Shown: positions 12,695 through 25,533 of the stretch, in pieces
How the letters are laid out: each line of letters begins with the position of its first letter
How positions within the stretch are numbered: the first letter of the stretch is position 1
Origin: Octopus vulgaris
Lineage: Eukaryota
Assembly: GCA_951406725.2 (NCBI GenBank)
Contig: OX597828.1
Coordinates: 43,462,001 to 43,526,000, forward strand
Reading direction: 5' to 3'
DNA length: 64,000 nt
Program-made: the position numbers and the translations under genes
The notes under the pieces: model-generated
Seen by the model: only the letters and a program-made list of their open reading frames with translations
Databases searched by the model: none
What the model was told of the DNA's origin: nothing

Positions 12695-12855
12695 CGACAG
12701 GCTTCTTTCAGTTTCCGTCTACCAAATCCACTCACAAGGCATTGGTCGGCCCGGGGCTATAGCAGAAGACACTTGCCCAAGATGCCACGCAGTGGGACTG
12801 AACTCGGAACCATGTGGTTGGTTAGCAAGCTACTTACCACAGTCACTCCTGCGCC
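12422..12855 (-). mobile_element. SINE family A, young full-length copy
   Basis: Complete, ending in CACTCCTGCGCC (5' end GGCGCAGGAGTG). Confidence 0.95.
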
Positions 12856-12899
12856 TTGCTTTAAAAGATAAACTGCAAATAAAAACGCAACTACAAATG

Positions 12900-13110
12900 A
12901 TAATCCTTTCTATTATTGACACAGGGCCTGAAATTTTGGGGGAGAGGGTTAGCCGATTAGTTCGACCCCAGTATGCAAATGGTACTTTATTCATCGACCT
13001 CGAAAGGATGAAAGGCGAAGTCGACCTCGGCGCAATTTGAACTCGGAACGTAACGACAGTCGAAATACCGCTAAACTTTTTGCCCGGGGTGCTCTGCCAG
13101 CTCGCCGCCT
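12900..13110 (-). mobile_element. SINE family B with alternative tail
   Basis: GAAAGGATGAAAGGCGAAGTCGACCTCGGCG core, head CTGCCAGCTCGCCGCC. On the minus strand the tail is CCCCAAAATTTCAGGCCCTGTG...AGAAAGGATTAT. Confidence 0.8.
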
Positions 13111-13159
13111 TTAAACTACAAATACTAAGGATAGTATGATAACTATGAAGTCAATATGC

Positions 13160-13295
13160 TGCGCAGGAAGGGCTCTTGAATTCACAGAGCTCTCTGATCT
13201 AGAGAGCAAGAGGTCATCATTGCCTTTTACTCCTCCAATTGTAGAGCCACCCGTCGAATACTGCTGCCCACTGTTGTTTTCCCATACACCAAACA
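13160..13295 (+). pseudogene. CR1/L2-like LINE ORF2 fragment (post-RT)
   Basis: Translation ...PIVEPPVEYCCPL matches the LVRPHLEYC-type motif of CR1-clade ORF2. Confidence 0.55.
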
Positions 13296-13341
13296 AAATA
13301 TTACGTCTGTCTGTCTGTCTGTCTGTCCGTTCGTACGTCCC

Positions 13342-13405
<64 letters not shown>

Positions 13406-13439
13406 CGTACCTACCTACATACCTATCTACCTCTCTCTC

Positions 13440-13516
<77 letters not shown>

Positions 13517-13799
13517 GTAAAAAATAGAAACTGGGACAAGAACGTAAAACATTTAGAAGACGATACAAAAAACACTGACGGGACATTAGAAGCATTCAAT
13601 CTTCAGTCAAGAACCGGATCATCCTCGCAATTTCGGCTGATTAATTTTGAGATTGCTCCTATCTGGCCAGCCCCAAGGAAAATCTAAGTGCATTAGATTC
13701 CTTGGAAGAAAGCTTCGAATGTATACAAAACAAAGACGGGAAAACGGACGATGTTACAGGAATATGAATACAAAAATACGTAAAAACAATAATGATGAT

Positions 13800-13803
<4 letters not shown>
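13517..13803 (-). mobile_element. Non-coding insert in (TA)n, probable Penelope-like pLTR relic
   Basis: About 290-bp island flanked by (TA)n on both sides. Minus strand has CTGAAGA-TT-GAA tgc TTC followed by a degenerate GAAA. Confidence 0.4.
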
Positions 13804-13852
<49 letters not shown>

Positions 13853-14167
13853 AGCATACAAACAAGAAGAATAGCGTGAGTTTACTGTTGTTTCACTGAA
13901 TTCGATCTGAGCATCATTGCATAATATAACAACATTCATGAGATTGAAACCGAGATAAAACAATTGTAAATGCATGCAATAAAATTACGAACTGGCTCTC
14001 TTCTTGATTATAATTATAAATACTCTACAGACATTTCTATGATTTCAGACATGTTCGATCAAATAGATACTCTCCAGAGTACCGACTGCTGTGTAATCAA
14101 GTACCTGAGGATGAGCATAATACGGTTAAACCTAGGGTTATTTCTCGAATTAAATTATTATCATTAA

Positions 14168-14290
<123 letters not shown>

Positions 14291-14312
14291 GCTCTACCTT
14301 GTAATTTGTCTA

Positions 14313-14363
<51 letters not shown>

Positions 14364-14390
14364 CTTTCTATCTATCTATCTATCTATCTA

Positions 14391-14895
14391 CTTGAAAAGG
14401 AAAGTGAGAGTAGAGAGGCAAGTTTTGTCTAGCGAATGTTTTAAAAAAAGATGGGTGAATGTAGCAAGAATGGCACGTATGAATGACGAAGCCACCTTGA
14501 GCATGATCCTATGAACCCAGAAATTGAAAACAGAGAGTTGCTTATTCGCAAAAAAAAAAAAAAAAAAAGAAATATAACATGTGACTCCATTGACCGAGGT
14601 TACCGTGGTCTTTTCCGTAGGCTTTTCTTTCCACGGGTAAACCTCACCTGTCCTCCCCTTTACACTTCATATTGACATTTCTGTGATAATGATCCCTATT
14701 GATCAATTTTTTTTCCTCTCCCCCTTTTTTTTTAACCCCCCTTTTTTTGTCCTCTTTCTCTCCTTTTACGATCCCTTTTGATCGAAACTCCCCCTTCCTT
14801 TTTTAAAAATTTTTTTTTTTAAACCTTCAAAAGAAAAGCTCTACCTTGTAATTTGTTCTATCTGTGTGCAGCCCTGTGTGGCTAATAAAGAAACA
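14391..14895 (+). mobile_element. 5'-truncated Tx1/L1-like LINE (ORF2 C-terminus plus 3' UTR) inserted in (TATC)n
   Basis: 14392-14514 encodes [40 protein letters not shown], with the F-x-x-R-W terminal motif of Tx1/L1 ORF2. A pyrimidine-rich UTR ends GCTAATAAAGAAAC, with (TATC)n on both sides. Confidence 0.7.
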
Positions 14896-14973
<78 letters not shown>

Positions 14974-15261
14974 CCTATCTATCTATCTATCTATGTATCT
15001 ATCTATCTTTCTATCTATCTATCTGTCTATCTGTCTATTTATGTAACATCTATATGTGTGTGTTCGTGTGTTTGTAAGTATATTTCTGCATATGTTTTTT
15101 CTATGCGGATGTGTAGCCAAAACATTATTATTTTATTACTTTCGTGTTCCTTTAATGGAAATTAATTCACACAAAGGAACATCTTTTTAAGTTATATCTG
15201 AAGAATAAAGTTTTGAATTGAAAGGAGAAAAGAAGAGAAAAAATACAACATCGATAAAAAC

Positions 15262-15312
15262 ACTAAATAATAATGACGACAATGATGATGATGATGATGA
15301 TGATTATGATGG

Positions 15313-15346
<34 letters not shown>

Positions 15347-15412
15347 AATAATAATAATAATGATAACGATAACAATAACAATAATAATCCGAAGAAGAAG
15401 TAAGAGAAGAAT

Positions 15413-15480
<68 letters not shown>

Positions 15481-15592
15481 TAATAGAGATGATGATAATT
15501 ATAAGATGATGATAATGATGATGATGATGATGATAATGATAATGATGATGATGATAATAATAACAATAATAATAATAATACAAATAATAATA
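15262..15592. repeat. (GAT)n/(AAT)n compound microsatellite
   Basis: Seen directly. Confidence 0.95.
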
Positions 15593-15765
15593 GTTATTTC
15601 TCGGCTATATGCTAACAAGTTATACCTCGGTTATAACTCTCCGCTCCTTGTCTCATGCCTTCCTATCTCTTCTTTCTTTCTGTCTCCATATATACACAAC
15701 TCACACACGCGCATGTGTGTGTATATGAGTACACACGCACACACAGGCTTATATCGCATATATGT

Positions 15766-15800
<35 letters not shown>

Positions 15801-15966
15801 GATATATATATATATAGACATATATACCCGCATTTGTACCTATGCATACATGTATCTAAACACACAGACACACACGCATGTATATATGTATACATACATA
15901 TGTATAGGTATATATATATATATATATATATATATTCATATAAGCATAGGAACATATTTACACTCA

Positions 15967-16120
<154 letters not shown>

Positions 16121-16211
16121 TAAACATGTGTGTGCATATACATACGTGCATTCATATATATATATATATATACATATATAAACATGTATGTGCATATACA
16201 TACGTGCATTC

Positions 16212-16264
<53 letters not shown>

Positions 16265-16821
16265 TGCATTAGCATCTTGCTTTATGTGATCTGGCTTTGT
16301 CGTTTTCTATTTGTCATCTTCCATAATTTTTTTTTTCCTTTATTTTTTTTTTCTCTATTCTTTCCCAAAACTATTGATCTTTCATTGCAGCAGAAATGGC
16401 TAATGTTAATTTCCTTAACAACAATAACAACAACATCGTCACATATGATTGATGTTAACGGTAATATCAATGATGCTGACGATGTTGGTGATGACGATGA
16501 TTATGCTGGAGGTAGTGGTGGTGATGATGATGATACGATGATGACGACGACGTCAATGTTGATGATGCTTAAAAGGCGGTGCCGGTGGTGGTGACGTTGC
16601 TTGTGGTGGTGGTGGCGGAGGTGGTAGTGAGGCTGATGATTCTGATGATGAATGAAAAAGTGAAAAAAAAAATATATATATATAATTACAACAATAAAAA
16701 TATTAAAAAATGTTTATAAAAATTATCAAACGTAACAGAGACGATAATGATTTTTAGTAAAATGGACAAAAAACCCAAATTAACAGCGGCAAGATGAAAA
16801 GAAAGGAGAGGATTAAAATTC

Positions 16822-16879
<58 letters not shown>

Positions 16880-16942
16880 TCTACTGCTACTACTACAACT
16901 AATACCACCACTACCACAATCAACACCACCACAACCAGCGCC

Positions 16943-16974
<32 letters not shown>

Positions 16975-17315
16975 AACAAGTGAAAATATTTAAAAAACCA
17001 GGAATGAAATACAAAGAAGAATATGACAGACATTTTGTGTAATTTGTACTGTTTCTTTGAAAATTTTTTGGTTTCTCTTTCACTTTTTTATTTCTGATTT
17101 GTGTGTGTGTGTGTGTTTGTGTGTGTTTGTGTGTGTGTGTTTGTGTATGTGTGCCTGTGTGTTAAATTTCAATTGATTTATTTTGGAGGCCAAATATTTT
17201 TCTTTAATGATGCATGTCTTCAGAATCTGCGGAAATGTCATGAAAGATGGTGAAGAAAGAAGCTATTCTTAACGACCTGGGAATATTTTCTATATTATTG
17301 AAATACGTAAATAGG

Positions 17316-17358
<43 letters not shown>

Positions 17359-17412
17359 ACATGCGTATGTACATATATTACACAATATATACACATTTAT
17401 ATCTATCTATCG

Positions 17413-17475
<63 letters not shown>

Positions 17476-17509
17476 AATCTCTCTCTATATATATCTATCT
17501 ATCTATCTA

Positions 17510-17553
<44 letters not shown>

Positions 17554-17739
17554 CACGTGCGTATATATGTGTCTATATAAATATATACATATATAGTGAG
17601 ATATATTTGCTCATTTATCTATATGTGTATACATGTATGTAATTATATCTGATGATATACATCACCATAATGTGTGCAAACACCACTCACGCAGAGATAC
17701 AGGTTAATAAATACATAATTAGATACACACATATAATTT

Positions 17740-18050
17740 TATTTTTACAGTTACTGCAACAGGTTGCTGGAAAGTGCTGTGGCTCTTCTGGGCTACTGGC
17801 TCTAATATCATTGGCTTTTATTTCGCATTAACATCTCGGCTGTCTCTTCAAATCTTTCTCTCTTGAAGTGGCGATTTAGACATATCTACTGTTCCCTGTG
17901 TGTTCTGACGTGAAGTGGGTTCATCTGGCACTTCTGGTAAAATTAATTCAAATTTTCTTTGTAAACATCCACATGTATATCTCGCAAATCCTGTCTTCTC
18001 TGAAGGGGTGTTCAAGAAATGTGGTTCCTTAAAAATTCAGCTGTTACCGT
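17740..18050 (-). pseudogene. CR1-like LINE 3' end (degenerate)
   Basis: Minus-strand peptide pieces DLRDIHVDVYK and PEVPDEPTSRQNTQ. Homologous to 53535-53890. Confidence 0.6.
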
Positions 18051-18074
18051 ACTCATGATGGGGAGTACGGGATC

Positions 18075-18436
18075 ATTCGTACTGCTCGCACATCTGCGTT
18101 GTTTTTCTAAGTTTTGCAGTTTGAAAGTCTCCCAAAACGTTCGTCAATATCGACATTTTCTCGGCCATCTTGGAAACGTCTGAACCACTCCTCTCCATAC
18201 ACTTTCTGCAGCCTTGTGTAGGCTTCTGTGCAGGTATCGCCATGAACACTTTCTTTGTCATGGTCAATGCGACGATCACACTCTACACAACTTTCCAAGC
18301 GCTGCTAGAACGTTAAATCTTTGTGCGAATGCACAGCAGAGTTTAAGATCAATATTTGCTAAGGGGCTTTATACTATGGGTGCTTTAGCTTCGATACTAT
18401 GGCAACAGTCCGGATACCTGTTGATCAGACTTCGTA
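18075..18436 (-). mobile_element. Mariner 5' end with transposase HTH relic
   Basis: TIR-like TACGAAGTCTGATCAACAGGTATCCGG next to TA. Peptide TEAYTRLQKVYGE..WFRRFQDGRENVDIDERFGR. Same family as 63682. Confidence 0.8.
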
Positions 18437-18492
18437 TATATATATATATATGCATATATATATATATATATATGTATAATATATATATATAG

Positions 18493-18641
<149 letters not shown>

Positions 18642-18731
18642 TAGGCACTATTAAATCTCTGAGCGAGATATATGCCATAGCAATACGGAATAGTAACATG
18701 TAATTTCCAACCAAGTGTTGCTTCCTATACA

Positions 18732-19012
18732 GGGCAGTGCTGCTGACGTTTATAGCCCCAGGAAGACATTTTTACCAGCTGGAAAAAGCATATGGTATTT
18801 TGCGAGTGGAATGAGATTTCATCACTAGCTGATGATTAACACACGCTGACGACGAGTAACCACCCAGAAACTCGAGTCCGTGTGTGTTACGTAAGTCTAG
18901 ACATGGGGGCGATGACCTCCCCTTGCAAATACTAATCGGACAAAGAATGTGTGTCGCTAGCCAGCTGGAGGAAATGACTTCATACAGCTATAAACGTTAG
19001 TAGCACTGTCCC
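18732..19012. mobile_element. Inverted-repeat element enclosing a hammerhead motif
   Basis: Arms 18732-18782 and 18961-19012 (CAGTGCTGCTGACGTTTATAGC / GCTATAAACGTTAGTAGCACTG). Confidence 0.7.
18839..18885 (+). ncRNA. Minimal type-I hammerhead ribozyme
   Basis: ACACACG-CTGACGA-cgagt aacc accca-GAAA-C tcga G-TC-CGTGTGT. It has a 7-bp stem I, canonical core, palindromic stem III loop and GUC site. Stem II has two mismatches. Confidence 0.75.
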
Positions 19013-19051
19013 GCATTGAACGCCACACTTGGTTGGCAATTATATGCTACA

Positions 19052-19084
<33 letters not shown>

Positions 19085-19304
19085 TGTATGTATGTATGTA
19101 TGTGTGTGTGTATGTATGTATGTATGTATGTATGTATGTATGTATGTATACAGGCGTGGATTTGTGTTATGAATACAGTTTCCCAACGCTATGGTTTCAG
19201 ATTCAGTCCTACAACATGGTACTTTGAGCAAATGTTATCTAGTATATTGCCGTGACGAGCAAAGCGTTGCCTGTATAATTGGTTGTCGGAAACTGTATAT
19301 ATGT

Positions 19305-19353
<49 letters not shown>

Positions 19354-19924
19354 AGTATGTACATATATATACATAGATATGCATATTTACATTATTATAT
19401 ATATATATATTTAAACACACACACACATATATATGTGTGTGTGTGTATGTTTATGTGTATGCATGGAAGTAAGTATGTATATATATATATATATATATTT
19501 ACACATATATATATATGTATATGTGCGTGTGTATACGTGTACGTGTGGCGGGGGGACTGTGTGTGTGTGTGTATTTGTGTTGCCCATCATTGGATTATTA
19601 GATAAACATTTAAATCACATCTTTCTCTGTTTAATAGTTTTTATGTCGTTCCTTGCCAATTATTGCAGAGTATAATACAAACTTGGTTATTTCTCTTCAC
19701 TCTGTGTCTGAAGCGGCCAAACTATTGGTTGTATTATTAATATTATCATTATATTTTTTTTCCGAGCGATATTTATTCAATGCTGTATAATTGATTCATA
19801 TTGCGTGTATATATGCATCACATTGAATGTTGCATAACTGAACAGATACCATTAGGAGAGGCTACGACTCGGGACATCAATTATGCGGTTCCTGTCACTG
19901 GTAAATTGTCTTTTCATCATTATA

Positions 19925-20174
19925 GGCGCAGTCGTGGCTGCGTAGCAAGAAGCTTGATTCCTAACTACAAGGTTTCAAGTTCAGTGCCACTGTGTGGCAT
20001 CGAAGGAAAGAGTATTCTATAACAGTCTCGGGCCGATCAAAGACTAAAGCCTTGTGAGTATATATATATATATATATGCTGGAGCAACGCCTTTTGTCGA
20101 GCAAATCTACCCCAGGACTTATTCTTTGTCAAGCGATGTTGGTGGGCAAACACACAAACACATACACACACATG

Positions 20175-20234
<60 letters not shown>

Positions 20235-20239
20235 TATAC

Positions 20240-20273
<34 letters not shown>

Positions 20274-20420
20274 GCATGTATGTATATATACATGTATGTA
20301 TAAAAAAATACTAGGCTTAGAAAGAATAAGTTCTGGGGTTGACTTCTTAGACTAAAAAACTCTTTAAGGCTATGCTCCAGCATGACTGCAGTCAAATGGC
20401 TGAAATAAATTAAAAAAATA
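19925..20420. mobile_element. Fragmented SINE family A pieces in both orientations separated by (TA)n
   Basis: Head 19925-20058 (+), fragment 20077-20160 (-), tail 20310-20420 (+). Confidence 0.6.
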
Positions 20421-20445
20421 GAAGAAAAAAATTCAGTTTAGCCCG

Positions 20446-20632
20446 TGAGCTGGCAGAACTGTTAGCGGCATTTTTTTGTCTCTGCGTTCTAAGTTCAAAT
20501 TCCGGCGAGATCGACTTTACTTTTTATCCTTTTGAGGTTGATAAAATAAGTACCGGTTGAGCACTAGAGTTGACATAATCGTCTAAGACCCTCCCCAGTA
20601 TCTCAACTTTATGCCTATAGCAAGAACAATTA
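20446..20632 (+). mobile_element. SINE family B, diverged
   Basis: GAGCTGGCAGAA head, AGTTCAAATTCCGGCGAGATCGACTTT...GATAAAATAAGTACC. Confidence 0.7.
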
Positions 20633-21039
20633 TATCTAAGCAGTTATTTCTAATATTGCTCACAGTTTCAAACGGATACCAGAGTCTGGTACATATTGTT
20701 TTGTACATTTCATTGGTGTTTTTCGGCCTGATGTAACTGGATTAAATATTTCTGCTGGTTTCAACGCAGCAGTGGTTAGATATGCCTCAGAATCCCTTTT
20801 CCGTTGTTAATACACGTCCTTAAAATTTTAATCTCGATGACGTTAGAAACAGAAGGAAGTTTTGATCGATTAATCGATTTCAGTATTAACGATTATTTAA
20901 ATAATTTTGGCAAATAATTTCGGGAATTTTTATTTCAGAGCCTTCAACCATTACGGTGTAAACTATTTTGATATCATTCTTCCATCAATCATGAAAGAAA
21001 TCTCATGTAGAACTTCGAAAAATTTCTGCACGGCTTATT

Positions 21040-21445
21040 ATATTACGTAATTTTAACATATTAATTCGAAATCTACTGGTGTTTATGATATTGGTACCAG
21101 TTAACTACTGTATCTGAGATTATCGATTGTTTAATCAGACAGCTCAAACTGTAACGAATGATTAGAAGTGACAGAGTAGAATAAGAAGTGTCCGCTGAAG
21201 GCACGCGAAACTTGACCAGTTACCCAGGGCGTCACATAGCCTCTTTAATTTGAGTATTCATAAACAAACAAAGGGGAAAGTATGAAAAGAAATGAATAAA
21301 ACATTGTTGTCTTTAAAATAATAGTAAACCTTTTATTACAACATTAATATTTTTTATTCCAAGCCAAATCATGTTGAAATCATAACAGGCAACTTTACTG
21401 TAGTTCAGCTCGCGCAGGACACTGTAACTCTAAGGCCGACTCTTT
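21040..21445 (+). mobile_element. Possible highly decayed hAT transposon 3' end
   Basis: Weak resemblance to the hAT dimerisation motif near 21055-21150 and to a terminal CTCTAAGGCCGACTCT. Very degenerate. Confidence 0.2.
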
Positions 21446-22399
21446 TCAAAGATAAGTAAGTTGAGAATTAGATAGTTTTAGTTCAAATCTCAACGGATCG
21501 AATTTGACATACGTTATAAAGAAAAGAATCTAACATATACTGACTTCTATTAAATATAATATTGGGTTTTATTTTTATCAAAATGTCTTCGGCATCATTC
21601 CAAGGTTGGATATAAATGATTTATGTAATTCGAAGCTTATTGAATCGCTGAAATGAAAGATTGACAGAACAAAAGTGGGTTGAGTTATTTAATTATCTTC
21701 TTTTGGGTTCTCCGATGAAATCTTTCTGTGGTGGAGTTAGTATTATTTCTCTAGCAGACGAGGTGTCCATTAGTAAGGAGTGGCAAAAATAGTCCGAAAC
21801 CAGGACTGGTCTACTGGTCCCGTCGGCAGGAGATGGTAGAGCTTCGCACCCCTGCGCGCTTTTTTATCGGATGCAGCTGTGCATCGTTAACCTGATAGAA
21901 GAGATGTCTTGGGGTCAAAAAATTGCTGTGGAGTCCGCTCGAACGGACAGCCATGTTAAAATGGCCGCGAATATCATTTCTTGTGTTTCCAATAGAATAA
22001 TAAAACAAACAACAGTACCAGTCAACACGGACATCAATTGCCTCGACTATTATTACCCTAATATTAGTATTCGTGAAGGCGTTGTCTTGGTAAGAATCGT
22101 TAGCACGCCAGGTAAGATGCTATGCGGTACTGCATCCATCCTTACGCTTTGAGGTCGGCATTAGAGCAGAAGGACCACCATGGAAAACAGTGAGGCTGAT
22201 GAGAAAGCATTCAAATGGCTTTGAATGCAAAAGGTGTTACAGTAGTCCATTTGGATATAGATCTATAGGCTTCAAAAGTCCATCAACATAAATCCGTTCT
22301 CAGATGGACAACTTATGCAGAGAAAAACAGAAATCTCGTCCGGTCTTATTGGGCTCTTTCTATCTCTCACCTTCCCTTTCCATTTCTCTCGCCCTCTTC

Positions 22400-22432
<33 letters not shown>

Positions 22433-22633
22433 TTCCTTTCTTTCTTCCTTTCTTTCTTTCTTTCTCTCTCTCTCTCCTACTCTGTCTCTTTATACGTCAG
22501 TAATTCAACACATACATATTCACAAGGTACACACACACAAGTATGTGTGTGAATGAATCTGTGTGTGTGTGTGTATTTAAATGTATATATATATGTAAGT
22601 ATATGTATACATATATATATATATATATGTAAG

Positions 22634-22684
<51 letters not shown>

Positions 22685-22840
22685 GACATGCATGTAGCGT
22701 TAATCCTTAATCTTCGAAGTTCGTCTTCATTACTTGTTTGCTTAAGTATTTTCTAATATCCTCTACTGCTATTGAAAATACTCATGGGTGGATATCATCC
22801 CGTATAATATTTACACACGCACACACAGATACATACATAC

Positions 22841-22884
<44 letters not shown>

Positions 22885-23411
22885 GCGCCTATGAGGTTTT
22901 GTGAGTGAGATGATAATTAGAACATAAGTAATAGTAGATTAAACAAATAAGAAATATGACAACGAAAATACCGCTTCTAACGGGAACACCAAAATCAACA
23001 TAATTCGTGTTTTGGTATGAACAAGCCATCTTATATTATGTGTAATTATAATTCGTACATGTATACATGTTATGTTGTGAGCTTTATCTCCTCCAAATCT
23101 CAAATGCGTCTGTGTACGTACGAATGTATATTTATATATGCATCTATGTGTGCATATATATATATATATTTACAAGATGGCAAGCGTATATCACCTCGCG
23201 TTGTAAATATTCTAGATACATTTTAGATATTTTAGGTTTTGTCCCACTTTCCACATAGCCAAATAATATCGTAATAACGATTTGTAATTGATTTGGATTA
23301 TCTATCGTGAATTCTTCAGATTTAGGACAAGGATTTACTGACTAATGTCCAGTAAGCCGAGCGAATGCCTGTCTTATTCAATGAGAGTATTGTGCGCAAG
23401 CACATACATAT

Positions 23412-23605
23412 AGCCGGTTAGCTCAGTTGGTTGCCTTTCATCCTTTCGGGGTCGATAAATATAGTACCAGTTACACACTGGGGTCGATGTAATCGACTTA
23501 ATACCTATGTCTGTCCTTGTTTGTCCCTTCTGTGTTTAGCCCCTTGTGGGTAATAAAGAAATAGGTAATAACGCGACGTCGTGTGTTTGAGCCCCATATT
23601 GGCCA
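23412..23605 (+). pseudogene. tRNA-Ile(AAT) pseudogene split by a SINE B fragment
   Basis: 5' half GCCGGTTAGCTCAGTTGGTT (23413-23432) and 3' half TAATAACGCGACGTCGTGTGTTTGAGCCCCATATTGGCCA (23566-23605) match metazoan tRNA-Ile(AAT). About 12 nt are lost at the junction. Confidence 0.75.
23433..23565 (+). mobile_element. 5'-truncated SINE family B
   Basis: GCCTTTCATCCTTTCGGGGTCGATAAA...GCCCCTTGTGGGTAATAAAGAAATAGG. Confidence 0.9.
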
Positions 23606-23617
23606 ATGCCATTTTAC

Positions 23618-23991
23618 GCGCTGGCGTAGTTGTATGGTAGGTAAGAAGCTTCCTTGCCAAACACAAGGTTCCGAGTTCAATCTCACCGCGTGGCACTTTG
23701 GGCAAGTATCTTCTACTGTAGCCTCCGGCCAACCAAAGCTTTGTGACTGGATTTGGTAGAAGGAAACTGAAAGAAGCCCGGAGCATATATGTGTGTGTCT
23801 TTGTGAGTGTGTGTGTATTTATATGTGTGTGTCTATGTTTGTTCCTCCAACATCGCTTGACAACCGATGCCGGTATGTTTATGCCCCCATAACTTAGGGG
23901 TGTGGCGAAAGAAACAGACAGAAGAAGTTCTACGCTTACAAAGAATAAATCCTGGGTTCTATTTCTTCGATTAAACCCTTTAAAGCGGTGC
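23618..23991 (+). mobile_element. SINE family A, older copy
   Basis: Head, GGCACTTTGGGCAAGT, internal microsatellite, truncated at AAAGCGGTGCT. Confidence 0.85.
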
Positions 23992-24720
23992 TATGTCATA
24001 CATCAATGGACCCTTGGGTGCTGTTTTCTTGCAGATGACAATAGTCATATCCTTTTCAAATTTAAGAAACCCATCAGAAACACAAAATGCAGACATCTTG
24101 TTGAGTTTCTACTTGCATATCGGAGAGCACCAACCTCTCTCAAAATAAGTATGCAATCTTTGTAATTTTAGTATTTGCCATTAGGATTAGCGCCATCAAC
24201 CATTCTTAATTGCCAAATGACTGCAATGGACACAATTCTTATTTTTCTTTCCTCCAAGCTTTGATTTCTCGTTCTCCTTTCCTTTTGCTTATTTTCATTC
24301 GTTCTTTCACAGAGAGCGGCCATGTTTGCTTTTGAATCTGAAAGGTCGCGGGAAATTACACAGCATGCTATATTAGCTGGCCTGATCATTGTAAAATCCT
24401 AGCATGAATCTTATAGCAGTTCATTTCTAAATCCCCGATGGTTCTGAAAGGATATCTCGCTGAAGTACTTTTCGTTGATTCTACCAACAACGGTACGGTA
24501 ATACTATGTATATATAAACAGACATAAATAGATAAATAGATATTAATAGAAAGATGGCTATAGATACAGTTTTATAAAAATATGTGATTCCGTGTGAGTG
24601 AATATATGTGCGTTTTCGTGTATTATATTTCATATATATATGTTTGTTTGTGTGTACTGATATACTGCAGACACACATGTATATGCACATATATGCATTA
24701 TATTTATACGTCCGAATATA

Positions 24721-24769
<49 letters not shown>

Positions 24770-24772
<3 letters not shown>

Positions 24773-25068
24773 TGTTCATCATTCTTACAGTCTACGGGGA
24801 AATGGCTAAAGTTTGCTCTGCTTATAATTATACCATATGTTACATATATATCATACTTTGACACTGTGTGGAGTAAGATCTGCTGCATTTGTTGAGTATA
24901 TAAAGAGTTTGGAGACTTTCAGAATGATGCAGAGGCCCTTGATAAGAACCCAATAAGGTTCGAAGATCGATTAAGTTTGTTCAATGATTTCTTTCTTTCA
25001 GACTGCGGAGAAATGGCTAAAATTCGACCTGTCTATAATTATACTATATGTTACATATATATATATAT
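24770..25068 (+). mobile_element. Element in (TA)n with about 65-bp direct terminal repeats and a degenerate hammerhead-like motif
   Basis: Direct repeats about 24790-24852 and 25000-25062 (GAAATGGCTAAA...TATAATTATAC..TATGTTACATATATA). Motif TTGATAA-GAACC caataa GGTTC-GAAG-ATCGAT at 24939-24971. Confidence 0.55.
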
Positions 25069-25308
25069 TACTCTTTACTCTTTACTCTTTTACTTGTTTC
25101 CGTCATTTGATTGCGGCCATGCTGGAGCACTGCTCTTAGTCGAGCAAACCGATCCTAGGACTTATTCTTTGTAATCCTATTACTTATTCTATCAGTCTCT
25201 TTTGCCGAACAGCTAAGTTACGGGGACGAAAACACACCAGCATCGGCTGTCAAATGATGTTGGTGGGACAAACGCAAGCACACAAATACACACACAGACA
25301 CAGACACA

Positions 25309-25358
<50 letters not shown>

Positions 25359-25533
25359 CATACATATATACGACGGGCTTCCTTCAGTTTCCGTCTGCCA
25401 AATCCACTCATAAGGCTTTTGTCTGCCCGAGGCTATAGCAGAAGACACTTGCCCAAGGTGCCACGCAGTAGGAATGAACCTGGAACCATGTAGTTGGTAA
25501 GCAAGCTACTTACTACACAGCCACTCCTACGTC
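25069..25533 (-). mobile_element. SINE family A, full-length
   Basis: Tail, expanded internal (CA)n and head all present. Confidence 0.9.

Noticed and set aside
22700-22740. Hammerhead-like ATGAAGA-CGAA ct TCG on the minus strand
   Set aside because: No GAAA and no stems I or III.
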